NCBI GenBank assembly: GCA_002269645.1 | Contig: NIVC01000104.1 | Span: forward strand, 649,179 to 713,178 | Direction: 5' to 3' | Source of the DNA: Macrostomum lignano | Lineage: Eukaryota | DNA: 64,000 nt | Translations under genes and position numbers: made by a program | The notes under the pieces: generated by a model | The model's input: the letters and a program-made list of their open reading frames with translations, nothing else | What the model was told of the DNA's origin: nothing | The model's database searches: none | Shown: positions 1 through 12,377 of the stretch, piece after piece | How positions within the stretch are numbered: position 1 is the stretch's first letter | Layout: each line of letters opens with the position of its first letter

Positions 1-624
1 GGGAAGACTGTAAAAAACCAACAGCTAATTGAAATCGCGTTGGCAACACTTTGTAATAAATTAGGAAAGTCAGAAATTCTATTTATAACAACTACTAACT
101 AATAAACTACTAATTAGATTATTGTTATTTTTAATGCTTTCGAGTATTGTTCTCATACATGCGCAACCCCCCTGATTTACAGCAGCCGTGCGACCTATTT
201 TTGACCAAAAATACGACTTAGTTATGAAAGAAACCTAAGCAAAACTAAAGGAATTTTGAGTAAACGGCAGGAGTAACTATAGCTGTATAATTAAGGCTAA
301 ATGCCTTGTCATCTAATTAGTACTTCGTCTGTATTGCTTCGGTGGGCACTTTTGCCACTTACCTTGGCTGGGCCTCTCGCCAGCCAGCCGGCTTGGCTGG
401 GTATTGCGCATGTACGAGCGTGATTGTTCTTGTCATATTGACTTTAGCGTATTTTATTGAAAAAGAACAAAATTCCTGCCTACTCTGGACTGGCCAAGGG
501 TTATTCAAACAAAAAAAGGAAAAATATTCAAATGCAAAAGGAACACAAAGGATAACTAACTGAATATTCCATACATTTCCGATACTAGAGTTCATTAAAC
601 TACCAAAACACTCTCTGACGTCGA

Positions 625-3600
625 CTAGCCAGACCGCAGACACTTCGGCGTAGACACCTGAATAGTGTGCAGTACGAGAGGCTCGTCAATATTATTCGGA
701 TCGGCTCCGTCATTCTCATTGGCGGCGTTCAATTCAGCAACGAATTTAGCGGCCGCGCCCGGCTCGTTGGGCACTTTGGTAACTTTCCAGTAAATCTCCG
801 GACGGGGGCTAGAATCGCTAGAGTTGGACGAAGTAGCGCCAACTGGTGAATTATTAGATTTTTTGTCAACGTATCTAGCACTAGTCTCGCGAGTTCGAGA
901 GCGACCAGTTCCATCGTTTCTCATAGTATTGTGATCTCTTTTGTTAAAGCGATCGCTTCTACTTCTGGCGTCGTTTCCGATCTCTTTATTACTTCTATTG
1001 TCCAAATAGCGCGAAGCTTCAATGTCAGAACCGTTAGTCTGGCCACTGCAGCCCGTCATTAAGCGCGTTATCCAATCTGCACCAATTTGATAATCGATCG
1101 AATTGCGACGTTCAAGGCCCTGTTCTGTTCTCTTTTCGTCGAGGCGCCGATTATTCCGGCTTTGTTGGCTGTTTGAGTAGCTCTCAGCGATGCTAGTAGC
1201 ATGCGAGTCAATGCTACAATGACTGTCATGACTGCTGCGATGTCTAGCACGATTGTCAGAGCGAGAGCGATGGTTAGATGAGACGGCACCGGATGAGTGC
1301 GGATTTATAATGTTTACCTTCCTTGACTGCATTTGGTGAAGATTTGGACTCGGATCCCGACGACGGCTCGGGCTAGGATATCCGCGATGACAGCTCGGGC
1401 TAGGATATCCGCGATGACAGCTCAGGCTTGGAGATTCGTGATGACGACTCGGGCTTGTAGATCCGTGATGACGTAGCGGGCTACGATATCCGTGATGGCG
1501 ACTTGGGCTTGGAGTTCCATGAAGACGAATCGGGCTTGGATATCTGTGAGAACGCCTGTAGCTGGGGGATCCGTAATGACGTATCGGGCTTGGAGATCTT
1601 TGAGGACGCCTGGAGCTTGGAGATCCGTGAGGACGGATCGGACTAGGATACCCACGAGGACGGATCGGGCTACGATATCCATGAGGACGGATCGGGCTAC
1701 GATATCCATGAGGACGTCTGAGGCTTGGAGATCCATGAAGACGAATCGGGCTTGGAGATTCGTGATGACGTCTGGAATTCGGAAATCTGTGGTGACGACT
1801 CGAAACTGGATATTCATGACTAGCGCTTTGGTTCGAATCCCGTTGACGATTTGAACAATTCGGGCTCCGACGCTGGTGATGATGACTCTGGCTTGGATAG
1901 TCTCGATGACGCTTCGGACTTGGATATCCATGATGTTGTCTTAAATCCTGTCGTCGATGTGGACTTGAATGTTTATGACGACTTGGACTACATTCCTGGT
2001 AATGATAGTCCGCACTTGGATTTATACTTTCATAACACCTTTCGTTTGAGCCACGCCGTCGATATTCCGGGGCATTAGCTTCGTTTGAGTTCAGATTCAT
2101 AACCTTTCTTGGGATTCCGCGTTGCTTTTGCCTAACTGGGACAGGTTCGAGGATATCCCCTTTATGGGCATGCTGAATACCAGTTTCGGCCGTAGAATCA
2201 CGTGCATACGACTCTCGCTTTCGACAATCGGATACAAGATCTTTGCACTCAGCATCGTGCTCGAAGAATTCGCAGATTGATGAACTGTATCCGTAAAGCA
2301 AGTCTTTAAGCTGAACCGGTCGAGAATGCTTTTTAGGCGGCGATCCAATAGACGATGGTGGCGGCTCTAGATTCATTTTTGACGAAGGCGGAATCAGCTG
2401 ATTAGGAGGGGTCGATGGAATCGGCCGATCCTGAGGTGGCGTCGAAAGAATGATTTGATCAGGTGGCGTCGAAAGAATGATTTGATCAGGTGGCGTCGAA
2501 AGAATGATTTGATCAGGTGGCGTCGATGGAATCGGCTGATCCTGTGGTGGCGTTAAAAGAATAATTTGACCAGGTGGCGTCGACGCCGGCAGATCGCAAA
2601 TTGATGGCTGCAATTTTTCAGTTCGATGTTCACGAGTTGAAGATGACTGAGCATCTCGGGCTGTTGACTGATGCTGGCGAGATGAAGACGACTGAGCATC
2701 TCGGGCTGTTGACTGATGCTGGCGAGATGAAGACGACTGAGCATCTCGAGCTGTTGATTGATGCTGCTGAGATGAAGATGACTGAGCATCTCGGGCTATT
2801 GACTGATGCTGGCGAGATGAAGACGACTGAGCATCTCGGGCTGTTGACTGATGCTGGCGAGATGAAGACGACTGAGCATCTCGAGCTGTTGATTGATGCT
2901 GCTGAGATGAAGAATATCGGGCACCTCGAGCTGTTGATTGATGCTGGCGAGATGAAGATGACTGAGCATCTCGAAACGTTGATTTATGATCATCAGACTG
3001 AGCTGACGGTGCTGATTGCTTCTTATCTTCGCTTAAACCAGGACAGCAAAAGGCACCTGATTTGAAACCTGCACCCGAACGAGTATGAACGGGACAGTCA
3101 AGCTTCTTGTTGGGACCGCACTTGCCGATCCCAAATAAACATTTTAAATCGTCCTTGTTGGCAATCATCGCTTTGTAGTCTCTAATCAGCTCGCTGTCAA
3201 TATCATCTTTAGAATCGTAATAACCACGGCGCTTAAGCGATTCGAATGCACTTCCAAAACTGTTCATCAAATCAGAGCAAAACTCACTGACCTCGTTAGG
3301 GTTTTCGGTAATCATGGGGTCGTCATCTGACTTGTCGTTCCACTCGGCCCAGACGGGTTCAGCTGTGCTGTCAACCTGGTTAAACCCTAGGGCCAACGCC
3401 ATCATCTGCGCTACCTCTTCATCAGCATCTATAGTTGGATCATGCTGGTTGGATTCCTGGCTTTCCTCGGAGGAGACGGAATCATTTTCTTCTGCTTGCT
3501 CTTTCGAAGCCTCTTGCCGCTGTTCCATTTCACGTATCAACTGTTTTTGCTCTTCATTGTGCTTGATTAGTCTTTTTGTCTCCTTTTCAACTTCAAGAAT

Positions 3601-4086
3601 CCTCATCTCCTTGTCACTTCTCTTCGGACGAGGCTTTTCCTCTATCTTCTCTGTCTTTCTCTGTTGCTCCGCCTTCATCAATCGCATTTTCTTCTGAAAC
3701 AGGCTCTGCGACTCCTGTTCCAGCTCTGTCAGGTTATCCTCTATTTTCTTCAAGCAATCATCGTCAACCCCATCGGCCGGCTGAACTTCCTGCTGCACCA
3801 TAGGCATGGCTTGCTTAACAGTCCGCACAGGCTGGAAAAGTTTGGACAATCTGTTTTCCAGTGTAAGATTGTCGTTATACAAAACTGGAGGATCGAGATG
3901 GGTTGAGTCATTCGACTGGTTGCACAGCAGTTTTTTGGTAAGCCTACTTGGCTGAAGGTGCTGCTGGAAAATCAAGTCATGGAATGTGCGGTAGGCTAAA
4001 TGATTTCTCTGAAAGCTTTCAGAGCTTTTAACAAACAAATTGATATTTAGACAAATAGACGAGCCATATAAATAACATGACAACAA
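625..4086 (-). CDS. Large low-complexity protein or giant exon: acidic coiled-coil N-part, 14-aa and 9-aa tandem repeats, S/R/H/P-rich region; function unknown
   Basis: 1153-codon open frame. In-frame repeats of 42 nt (QHQSTARDAQSSSS), 27 nt (PPDQIILST) and degenerate 27 nt (GYPSPxRHH) are all multiples of 3. True start uncertain: first ATG at 3807, possible splice acceptor near 3961-3965. Confidence 0.55.
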   Translation of the reverse strand: MLSCYLYGSSICLNINLFVKSSESFQRNHLAYRTFHDLIFQQHLQPSRLTKKLLCNQSNDSTHLDPPVLYNDNLTLENRLSKLFQPVRTVKQAMPMVQQEVQPADGVDDDCLKKIEDNLTELEQESQSLFQKKMRLMKAEQQRKTEKIEEKPRPKRSDKEMRILEVEKETKRLIKHNEEQKQLIREMEQRQEASKEQAEENDSVSSEESQESNQHDPTIDADEEVAQMMALALGFNQVDSTAEPVWAEWNDKSDDDPMITENPNEVSEFCSDLMNSFGSAFESLKRRGYYDSKDDIDSELIRDYKAMIANKDDLKCLFGIGKCGPNKKLDCPVHTRSGAGFKSGAFCCPGLSEDKKQSAPSAQSDDHKSTFRDAQSSSSRQHQSTARGARYSSSQQHQSTARDAQSSSSRQHQSTARDAQSSSSRQHQSIARDAQSSSSQQHQSTARDAQSSSSRQHQSTARDAQSSSSRQHQSTARDAQSSSTREHRTEKLQPSICDLPASTPPGQIILLTPPQDQPIPSTPPDQIILSTPPDQIILSTPPDQIILSTPPQDRPIPSTPPNQLIPPSSKMNLEPPPSSIGSPPKKHSRPVQLKDLLYGYSSSICEFFEHDAECKDLVSDCRKRESYARDSTAETGIQHAHKGDILEPVPVRQKQRGIPRKVMNLNSNEANAPEYRRRGSNERCYESINPSADYHYQECSPSRHKHSSPHRRQDLRQHHGYPSPKRHRDYPSQSHHHQRRSPNCSNRQRDSNQSASHEYPVSSRHHRFPNSRRHHESPSPIRLHGSPSLRRPHGYRSPIRPHGYRSPIRPRGYPSPIRPHGSPSSRRPQRSPSPIRHYGSPSYRRSHRYPSPIRLHGTPSPSRHHGYRSPLRHHGSTSPSRHHESPSLSCHRGYPSPSCHRGYPSPSRRRDPSPNLHQMQSRKVNIINPHSSGAVSSNHRSRSDNRARHRSSHDSHCSIDSHATSIAESYSNSQQSRNNRRLDEKRTEQGLERRNSIDYQIGADWITRLMTGCSGQTNGSDIEASRYLDNRSNKEIGNDARSRSDRFNKRDHNTMRNDGTGRSRTRETSARYVDKKSNNSPVGATSSNSSDSSPRPEIYWKVTKVPNEPGAAAKFVAELNAANENDGADPNNIDEPLVLHTIQVSTPKCLRSG

Positions 4087-7000
4087 AATAATTGCTGTTA
4101 ATTAGTTAATTAGACTACCATTAAGTTTTTACCCCGTTAGCTGCGCACAGGAACAAATTTTGATACTCTACACACTATTCTAGATTAAATCGACACTAAA
4201 GCCCGCAACTATTATCTACTTTTAAGACTGTTTGACAGTTGAAAATTTGTACAAGACAAAAGTATTAGTAACAGATAAAGATAGATAAAAATCGCATTCT
4301 TTTTACCCAGTTGGCTAGATGTAGAAGATGACCTGTAAAGCCGAACGCGTTTCTATTCTTTCTTTGCTTTAACACTATTAATCAGCGGACACCGCTTGCC
4401 AGCTGCCAGATCTTGTCACTGCCTGCTTGTACTGTGTATGCTCTAATCACATTTATGTATAGGACGCGGACTAGAGAAAGAAAAATGGCGGCAGACTGCA
4501 CCAAAGAAGAAGGCAGTAGGAAGGACGTGCTTTTATTGGAAATCAGGGCTTGGGGTTTGCGGGGAAGTTGGGAGATGCTGGCTGATTGGCAAGGAGGAAA
4601 GAAGAACTGGGCCTCAGCCAATAAAAACGCAACAAAAAGGAAATATAGACCAACTTTTGAAAGCTTTTATCGGCCATAATTATAAGTTGGCCAACCCGAT
4701 TTAAAAGGTAGAATCCAGACTCTAAACCAACTGCTCTCACTCAGCTAGTCGAATCATTTAATCAGATAGATAGAAACACGAACAAAATGTTTAACAATAA
4801 ATAAAAGAAAACTAAAACTATCTATGAATAACTTTTGCAGAAAAATTGTTTGTAATAACTGCCATTGGCTACAAAAAATGCATGTGTCATAAAATATTAA
4901 GTCAATAAATCCACAACCAAAGGCTATTGTTGATAGCTAAACACACGAACCATATAGACATCTCATCCAAAAGAATGTAGCAACAATATCTAGATATAAA
5001 AAGACATATTTACAAAGGATATGTGCTACTAAGAGTAGTAAGCTAAATGAGAATTACTTAAATTCATGCAAAGCTGAAATAAAAATAAAAGTTAGAAATC
5101 TGGAGTTTTAACCCTAAGTTAGAAGATAGGTAGAAATTTATGAAAAGTCCAGGCGCAGTGAAGGGCGAGGCAGAAAGCACAATAGAGCCTCTAGTTACTT
5201 AGGAGAACAGAAAACTGAAGCAGCTCTAAGATAATAATTAGCTGTCAATCAATTTAAATGGCCGAATCTAATTGAAGTCTTTTTCCATTCCAGTCAGTAG
5301 CGACACCCCACCGCAGAAACAGGGGCGATTAAACTGGCTGGGAGAAGTGGCTCAGCTTAGAGAACAACGCGGCACGCGGCATCTTCTGGCGCACCCTGAG
5401 GGAGAAAACGTGAGGCCCACCTACAGACTCCCATCCAACCTGAAGTGGCCCAAGAAGGCGAGATCAACCCCAAGCTGCCTGACAACCGAGAGAAACAAAG
5501 GACTGTTTAATCATCAATGGACAGAGTTAAGAGACGGAAAATTAAGCTCTTTTTCTATAATCTTTCTATCCCAAATTTTATCCAACTCAACACATAGATT
5601 TGCGAAAGCCCGAATAATCTCTAACCCTCACACTTAGCAACCTACTAGAACTAACTAAATCCATGTACAACTAGGGGACTGTGTCCCAGATTGTTATTGC
5701 TCAAAACCCCCGCCGTTGCTAACCACGCGAAGACACCCCACCGGCGGCGGGGGAGGCCAAACATGCTAATTGGTATAAATAGACGCTCATCTCAAACTGG
5801 AGCGGCGCTTCGTTTTTTCTGCGCAGTTTTCGATCTCGAATTGCTCCATTTGAATTAGTCTTTGGATTATCCAGTTGGCACAAATCTAAGTCTTCAATAT
5901 AATTATTTGTCTTAATTGTCGCGCAGAGCAGATCTTAGAGAGACTCAAACTCAGCTTAGATACTAGGAGATCCCGTCAGTTTAAACGGTTTTCTCTGACG
6001 GCCTGATAGGAGATTAAGAGCTGTAAGAACCTTAGACCGCTAGACATCTATCTTAAGAAAGTGAGAACCCAAGCTCAAAGGCCCCAGAGAAAGACGCGTA
6101 TAGTAAGTATGATTCCAAAGAGGCTCTTGCCTAGGTGCAAGACTGGGCTATGAAAAAAAGCCTTTATCTTTCTAAAAACGATTGGCAAAGCTATTAGGTT
6201 GCTATAATGCAAAAGCAAAAAGGGCCAGGGTGGCCAAAAGTTTAAGTGGAAAATGCTTAGGTGACAAAGGTCAAAAGGCAAGTACAATTGCAATCAACAC
6301 ATTTAAAATTTGTATTCCCCAAAATGGACTTTTTTGTCAGCCCTCCTGTAGACAAAAAAGTTGCTAAACACAACAATCAATATTCATATTTGTGGTTTAT
6401 ACAAGTACTAAATGTATTTATATATTGATCAATAAAAATATTGCCTAGTCATTTGACTAGCCTAAACCTAAACAAACTTGTCGTTTAGCACAATTTATAA
6501 AGCAAATCCTACAAAAATTGAGTTAACCATAGTAGTAAAAACATTCAGTCTTTAATTGATGCTCTATAATTAAAGTCAAGTTGCACCATTTTTCCATAGC
6601 AAGTATATTGCCTATAAACAATTTGTAACTATAGCTAAAAAACTGGGTATCACTGTATTATACCAGTAATATATTTAGAAGTTGATATTTTAATTAGCTA
6701 CTCTTTTATTACAAGCAAGTGTGTATACAGGTTCACAAGTTACCATAGTAGCAAAGTTTATTTGTTAAAAAATAATATTATGATGTAACCACGCTCTGGT
6801 CGTGGGATAGGGCACAGGAACTTTTTCGAGAGTGCCTCCTATCGCCGTGCACCCCCTGCACAGAGCTGTTGAAACTCGGCTAGGTCTTCGACATTTTTTA
6901 AGTCGCAAAAATTTAATTTAGAAAATATAAAATGTATAAAACAACATAAACAACGTAACATATAAAACATGTATAATACTTGTATAAATCAAAAATATGA

Positions 7001-10000
7001 ATATTGATTGTTGTGTTCAGAAACTTTTGTCTATAAAGGGCTAACAGAAAATTCCACCTTGAAGAATACCCTAGTTTGCTTTTCAATGCCATAGTTCATG
7101 TAAATGTTCATATAGGACTTGTCACACTGCTGAACTTCTTACTCTTAGAAAATCTCTCTTTTGATTTAATTCCATTAGCTTAACTATAAACTATCAGTTG
7201 TATAATAAAAAAACATGCTTTAACCACTGAATTAACTCATGTGGTATTTGATGACCTGAATTTAAATTCATTAAAATAAATTCTAACTCTTGCCCAATGT
7301 TGCCACAAAAAGAAGTAAAAAGGACAAAAATATATAGACACATTTATATGAAATAAAAAACTTTTTTAGACTTAATTTCATTTCATTGAAATGAGAGACT
7401 TTTCAAAATAAAAAGCACATCAGCTTAACAAAATGAATAATATTTTGGCTATTTGAAGTAAAAGTACTGACAAACTTTTATTTTTTAGATTAGGCCAGGG
7501 CTACTTTCTTATTTTGACATCTATTTTTTATTTATAATTAGGGTCGATAAAGCAAACTGGGATACTAAGATACAATGTACTAAAAAGAATAGGCACCAAA
7601 AAGTGTGGATACCAATCTAACTACTTGGTAGGAAATATTGCCTTAGCAAATTTTCAATTCTAGTAACTGTGCCACAACTATGCCAATTAGCATATTAATT
7701 CATTTGTCCTTAACTGTTAATTTTGCATAGTTGGCACAAATGACATAGTTGTTGCTATAAATATTGAATAACTATCAATAGGACTTTTTGTTAATAATCA
7801 GTAATTATTTTCATATCTTTTTTGTTTTTTTCATATGCCAGTTGACATAGTTAGGAGACAAATATTTCCTAACACTAACAGGTATGGATCAAAATTAAAA
7901 AGAAGCTTTTTATCTACCTGGTAGTTGAATATATTATGACTTGTTTCTAAAACAAGTATAAATTGCATTTATTATTTTAAATCCTTTACATTTGCAACCA
8001 TACTTAGTAAATACTAAAGAGATCATGCAAAATATATACCAGAATGAAAAACAGTACATCAAAATTTCATTAAAATATATTCTAAGATTTTTATGACTTC
8101 TTGTGGCCAATATTATATGCCAGTAGAGATATCAAGCCAACTTCTATTTCATATTTCCAACAACCAATAAACATAAATTTTTGTTAGAAATCTCTGGCAT
8201 AGGGCCTATCCTATATAATCAATGATCTCTAGTGTAGTACTGCAGTTTGCATAAATAATCGTTTGATATATATTCCCTTGATATAAGTGGCATAAATATA
8301 AGAAGGGCTATGATTCGCATTTGATGTAAGCTTAGTATGAGTTATGACATATAGAATGTATATTTTATATAAAATTAGTAAATATGGCTAAATATTAATA
8401 TAAGACAAATATGGTACAATTCAGTATAAAATTTGCTGCTGTAAGAAGCGCATAGATTATAAGATAGTATATGTTCTATGACAAAAGAGCGATCGAAAAT
8501 AACAAAGGGAATCAAATGCACATTCAATAGAACTGCTAAAGCCTAAAAATGGCAGTGAGCATCACTGTGTCAACTTCCAAATAATGAAAAAATTGCTAAA
8601 GCGAGCAAAACGTGCTTCTAATTGTCAATAAAAAGTTTAAAATAACAGCAGCTAAAAGTAAACTAACATTAAAGTACAAATAAAAAACAAGGCACTGTAC
8701 ATCAATGGTCTTTAAATCTTGTACTGGCGGGTCACGTCAAGGCCCGCGTGAAATTAAGAAAATTTAAAAGCGATAACTGTTAAAGTAACGATATAATTTT
8801 TATGGTTTATTAATCTCTTTAAAGAAAAAACATAAGTGTTTGTTAAAAATTATGTAAATTGTAGTCAATGTATAGAAAAAACAAAAAACAATTTGTTAAA
8901 GTACTAACTTTCCGACCTAAATCATCATGTTATTAAGTTACGACTATAAATACCTATAAAACAAGATACTTTGCACGATTCCGTTTCACTTTTTAGATTC
9001 TAAGTCCGAAAGCATATTAAAAACCATAAAATAATTCTTCGAAAGTACTTCCAGAAGACTGTCATTCTTCAGGCTTGGATATTCAATAGAAACTTTTTTT
9101 ATATTCTCTGGCATTACTTTGTCCTACTGACCTTTCTTTTGACTTGAAATGCTTTAATATTAGAGATTTTATCTCAAACTCTTAGCAATTGCTCTCGTTT
9201 TCTCTCGAAATGGCAACAATAGTTTCTGGGGCACCGGGTGTACTGTAGTATTTATAAAATAGCTTCCGGAACTATCATAGTCAAAAAATAAACAAATCGA
9301 ATAGAAATATTTACAACAGCAGAAAAAACTCGCATTTGTGTTGGTATTTAAAAATATTTTTTTATTTTTAGTGATATATTGCTATTTTGAAATGTACAAT
9401 TACAAAACCTGTACTTAATATCATGTTTAAAATTTACTGTCTTTTATCGCGCAGATAAAATGAGCACATATTATTCGATAGAGTTAAAATTTATCAAACG
9501 ACATTTTCCCTACTAATAAAATAAAATGGTAAGTGAACTCATTTATGCAGCACTAAACATGTTTGAATTTTTTAAATTAGGTAATAAAGCAATTAAGCAA
9601 TAAAACACAATCAACTGCAGTTTTTTCATCTACAGAATTGTTCCAATATACTGTATATTTTTGGATCAAGCGCGGCTATAGAAGGTGTACTTATTTTTAA
9701 GTGGCAGTTTTAGATCATACAAAAGGTGTCAATTTTTTCCTGTTTTATAAAATGGAGTTATATTTTTATTTCTAAAGGAATTATTTACACAGATTAGATT
9801 AAAACTTAGACTTTTGAATTTTTAGCATGTACAATGCAGTATATGAACATAGCATTTTTTCATTAAATTAAAAAGAAAAGTACCTTATTTGATTGAATAG
9901 TATCAATGAAATTAAAAGTTTTTTTTGCTTTTACAAAATTTTTTGACATGAGTGTTTCAAATATACTATATTGTAATTTTAATGTAGTTTTAAGATAGTG

Positions 10001-10476
10001 ATACATTTTTTATTTCTTTGTTTTGCAAAAATATGGGTTGGCTTTGTAACAAAGTTTTTGTAAATATTTAAAGTATCATTCCATACCATATTTTCAGATT
10101 TTTACTGATAATTTGCATGTCTACTGTCTTACAAATATGTGCACTGTATATACTATGAATCAAACTAAAGTTGATTAAGTTGATAAGTTGATTGAAAAAC
10201 TGTTTTGTAAATATTTATCAGAACATTTGAAAATTTGATAATACTTGGATAAATTTCTACTGAAGCAGTTAAAATGAGTATTTTCAATTAAATTTGCTAG
10301 CATAGTCAGAAATTTTTTTTATAAAATACACAAATTTTTTTACACCTTTTTATCCTTCAATTTATACGCCATTGTATGGTAATTTTTGAGTTAGGTGCTT
10401 CACTATCAGACTAATCCAAACCAATATTGTCCTTACTGGTTACTAACTTCAATATTTCTAAATGCATTAGCCGCAG

Positions 10477-10782
10477 ACCAAGCCAATCAAAGATCCCAAG
10501 GAGGCGATTGCCCGCGGCTTTGCACAGCCATTCAGCCTGTTCCGCCGCTGGCAGAAGGACGCAGTTCGCAGCGGCCGATTCGCTAGCGCCGACATTTTCC
10601 TATTGGCCACCGTGTGCGCTAAGACGCTTCGACCATCGCAACGACCAATGCAGCTAGCCGACGTATGCGACAACGCATTTTTGTTCTTATCCACCCTGAC
10701 CAGCCGGAAGGGTGACCAAATTTCTCAAAACAAAAATGTCAGCTTGTACTTTGATTGGCTGAAGCTGGATCGCTATGTGATG
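10477..10782 (+). CDS. PNPO: Pyridoxamine 5'-phosphate oxidase-like protein, exon (N-terminal FMN-binding half)
   Basis: Acceptor cag|10477, donor ATG|gtgagg. Translation QPFSLFRRWQKDA...LATV...RPSQRPMQL...SRKGDQISQNKNVSLYFDW...RYVM aligns with PNPO DPxxxFxxW, LAT, PSxR, SRKG, xxxVRVEG blocks. Upstream start exon not identified. Confidence 0.75.
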
Positions 10783-11021
10783 GTGAGGAAGTCGGCTATA
10801 TTTTTTATCCGGAATCGTGCCCCTTTTCGGGGTGACTTTACAGTGGTTTAATGCCCGGTTCGGTGCACCGCCACGTTACCGTCTAGCCCCCTTGCTTGGT
10901 CAACTTTGTACACCTTTTGTACTTTTTCTGTCACGCCACTCCCTCTCCTCGTCTTTCTACCCTGTGCAGACCCACACTCCCTCCTCTCCACGTCTTTCTG
11001 CCCCGTGCACACTTCCTCTCC

Positions 11022-11388
11022 GGGGAGGGGCATCACAAACCCGAAAAATCACAACTCCGAAAAACAAAATAGCAACGCCCATCATAAACCCGAAATATCA
11101 TAACTCCGAAATTGCTAGCAACGCACATCATAATCCCGAAAAATCACAAACCCGAAATATCATATAACTCCGAAAACAAAAATAGCATTGCCCATCATAA
11201 ACTTGAAATGTCACAAATCGAAATATCATAACTTCGAAACTTCTAGCAATGTTCAACACTATTTTGGTTTTCGGGATTTATGATTTCGGATTTGTGATAC
11301 TTCTGGTTTATGATGGGCAATGCTATTTTGGTTTCCGGAGTTGTGATTTTTCGGGTTTGTAATGTTTCGGATTTATGATGGCGACCCC
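11022..11388. mobile_element. Foldback/MITE-like element with internally repetitive inverted arms, in PNPO-like intron
   Basis: 11031-11240 (catcacaaacccgaaaaatcacaactccg...) recurs as reverse complement at about 11260-11381. No clear TSD. Confidence 0.45.
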
Positions 11389-11389
11389 C

Positions 11390-12130
11390 TCTCTGCGTCT
11401 TTCTGTGCGCACCCACCTCCGTCCCTCTCCGCGTCCTTTTGCCCCGTGAGCATGCACCTCCCTCCCTCTCCGCGTCTTGATCTGCCCCGTGAGCATCCAC
11501 CTCCCTCCCTCTCCGCGTCTTTCTGCCCCTTGAGCATCCACCTCCCCCTCTCTCCGCGTCTTTCTGCCCGGTGCGCACCCACCTCCCTCTCTCTCCGCGT
11601 CTTTCTGCCCGATGCGCACCCACCTCCCTCCAGCTCTCCGCGTCTTAGGGCCTTTTCATATTACCAATTCCAGAACCAGAATCGGTTCGGAATTCCAAGA
11701 AAAACAGCAGTATAACTATTAAACTCTGTTAAAATTTGACTGCCTTAACAACCTAACTTAGCACAATTTTTCACTTTCTTCTTGGCGATTGTCATTCAAT
11801 AATAAAAAAATTATAGCACGTATCTAAAAAAGTTATACTTCACAAATTGGTTCTGGTTCTGGAACCAGAGCAAGCAATATGAAAAGGCCCTTAGTCTTTC
11901 TGCCCGGTGCGCACCCACCTCCCTCTCTCTCCGCGCCTTAGTCTTTCTGCTCGCTGCGCACCCACCTCCTCCAGCTCTCCGCAACTTTCTGTCCGGTGCG
12001 CACCCACCTCTTCCAGCTCTCCGCAACTTTCTGCCCGGTGCGCACCCACCTCCTCCAGCTCTCCGCAACTTTCTGCCCGGTGCGCACCCACCTCCCTCCA
12101 GCTCTCCGCGTCTTTTTGGCCCCGTGCGCA
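11390..12130. repeat. Degenerate 40-60 bp minisatellite (tctgcccggtgcgcacccacctccctccagctctccgc), interrupted by a MITE
   Basis: Units visible at 11390-11645 and 11895-12130, with related units at 10920-11020. Confidence 0.85.
11648..11890. mobile_element. PIF/Harbinger-type MITE
   Basis: TIR gggccttttcatatt / aatatgaaaaggccc, with TTA on both flanks (11645-47, 11891-93). TWA TSD and GGGCC ends are Harbinger hallmarks. Confidence 0.75.
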
Positions 12131-12377
12131 CCAAACCTCCACCAATCTGGTTTTAAGGCCTTCTTGCGTTGATTTACATGTAGCTCACCTTGTTCTGCTT
12201 TCGTCCAGTTTCGTGCTCCGATTGTGAAGTTGAACAGCGTTTTAATTAAACGGTTTTATAAAGCATTAAAAAAGCATTTGAGCTGCAGTTTGCAGTTTTT
12301 TTAAAGAATTGTATATACGCTCGTAGTTCGGCTGACAGCTAACCTACATATAAATCCGTTCCTAAAAAACCTCTCAG

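Noticed and set aside
342-643. Short ORFs on both strands
   Set aside because: No recognisable motifs or supported splice links.
5760-5830. TATAAATA with upstream GC-rich segment, possible promoter or LTR
   Set aside because: No second LTR copy, PBS or linked exon could be identified.
8726-8748. Hairpin gcggg...cccgc, possible Helitron 3' end on the minus strand
   Set aside because: No CTRR terminus or 5' end found; too short to support a call.
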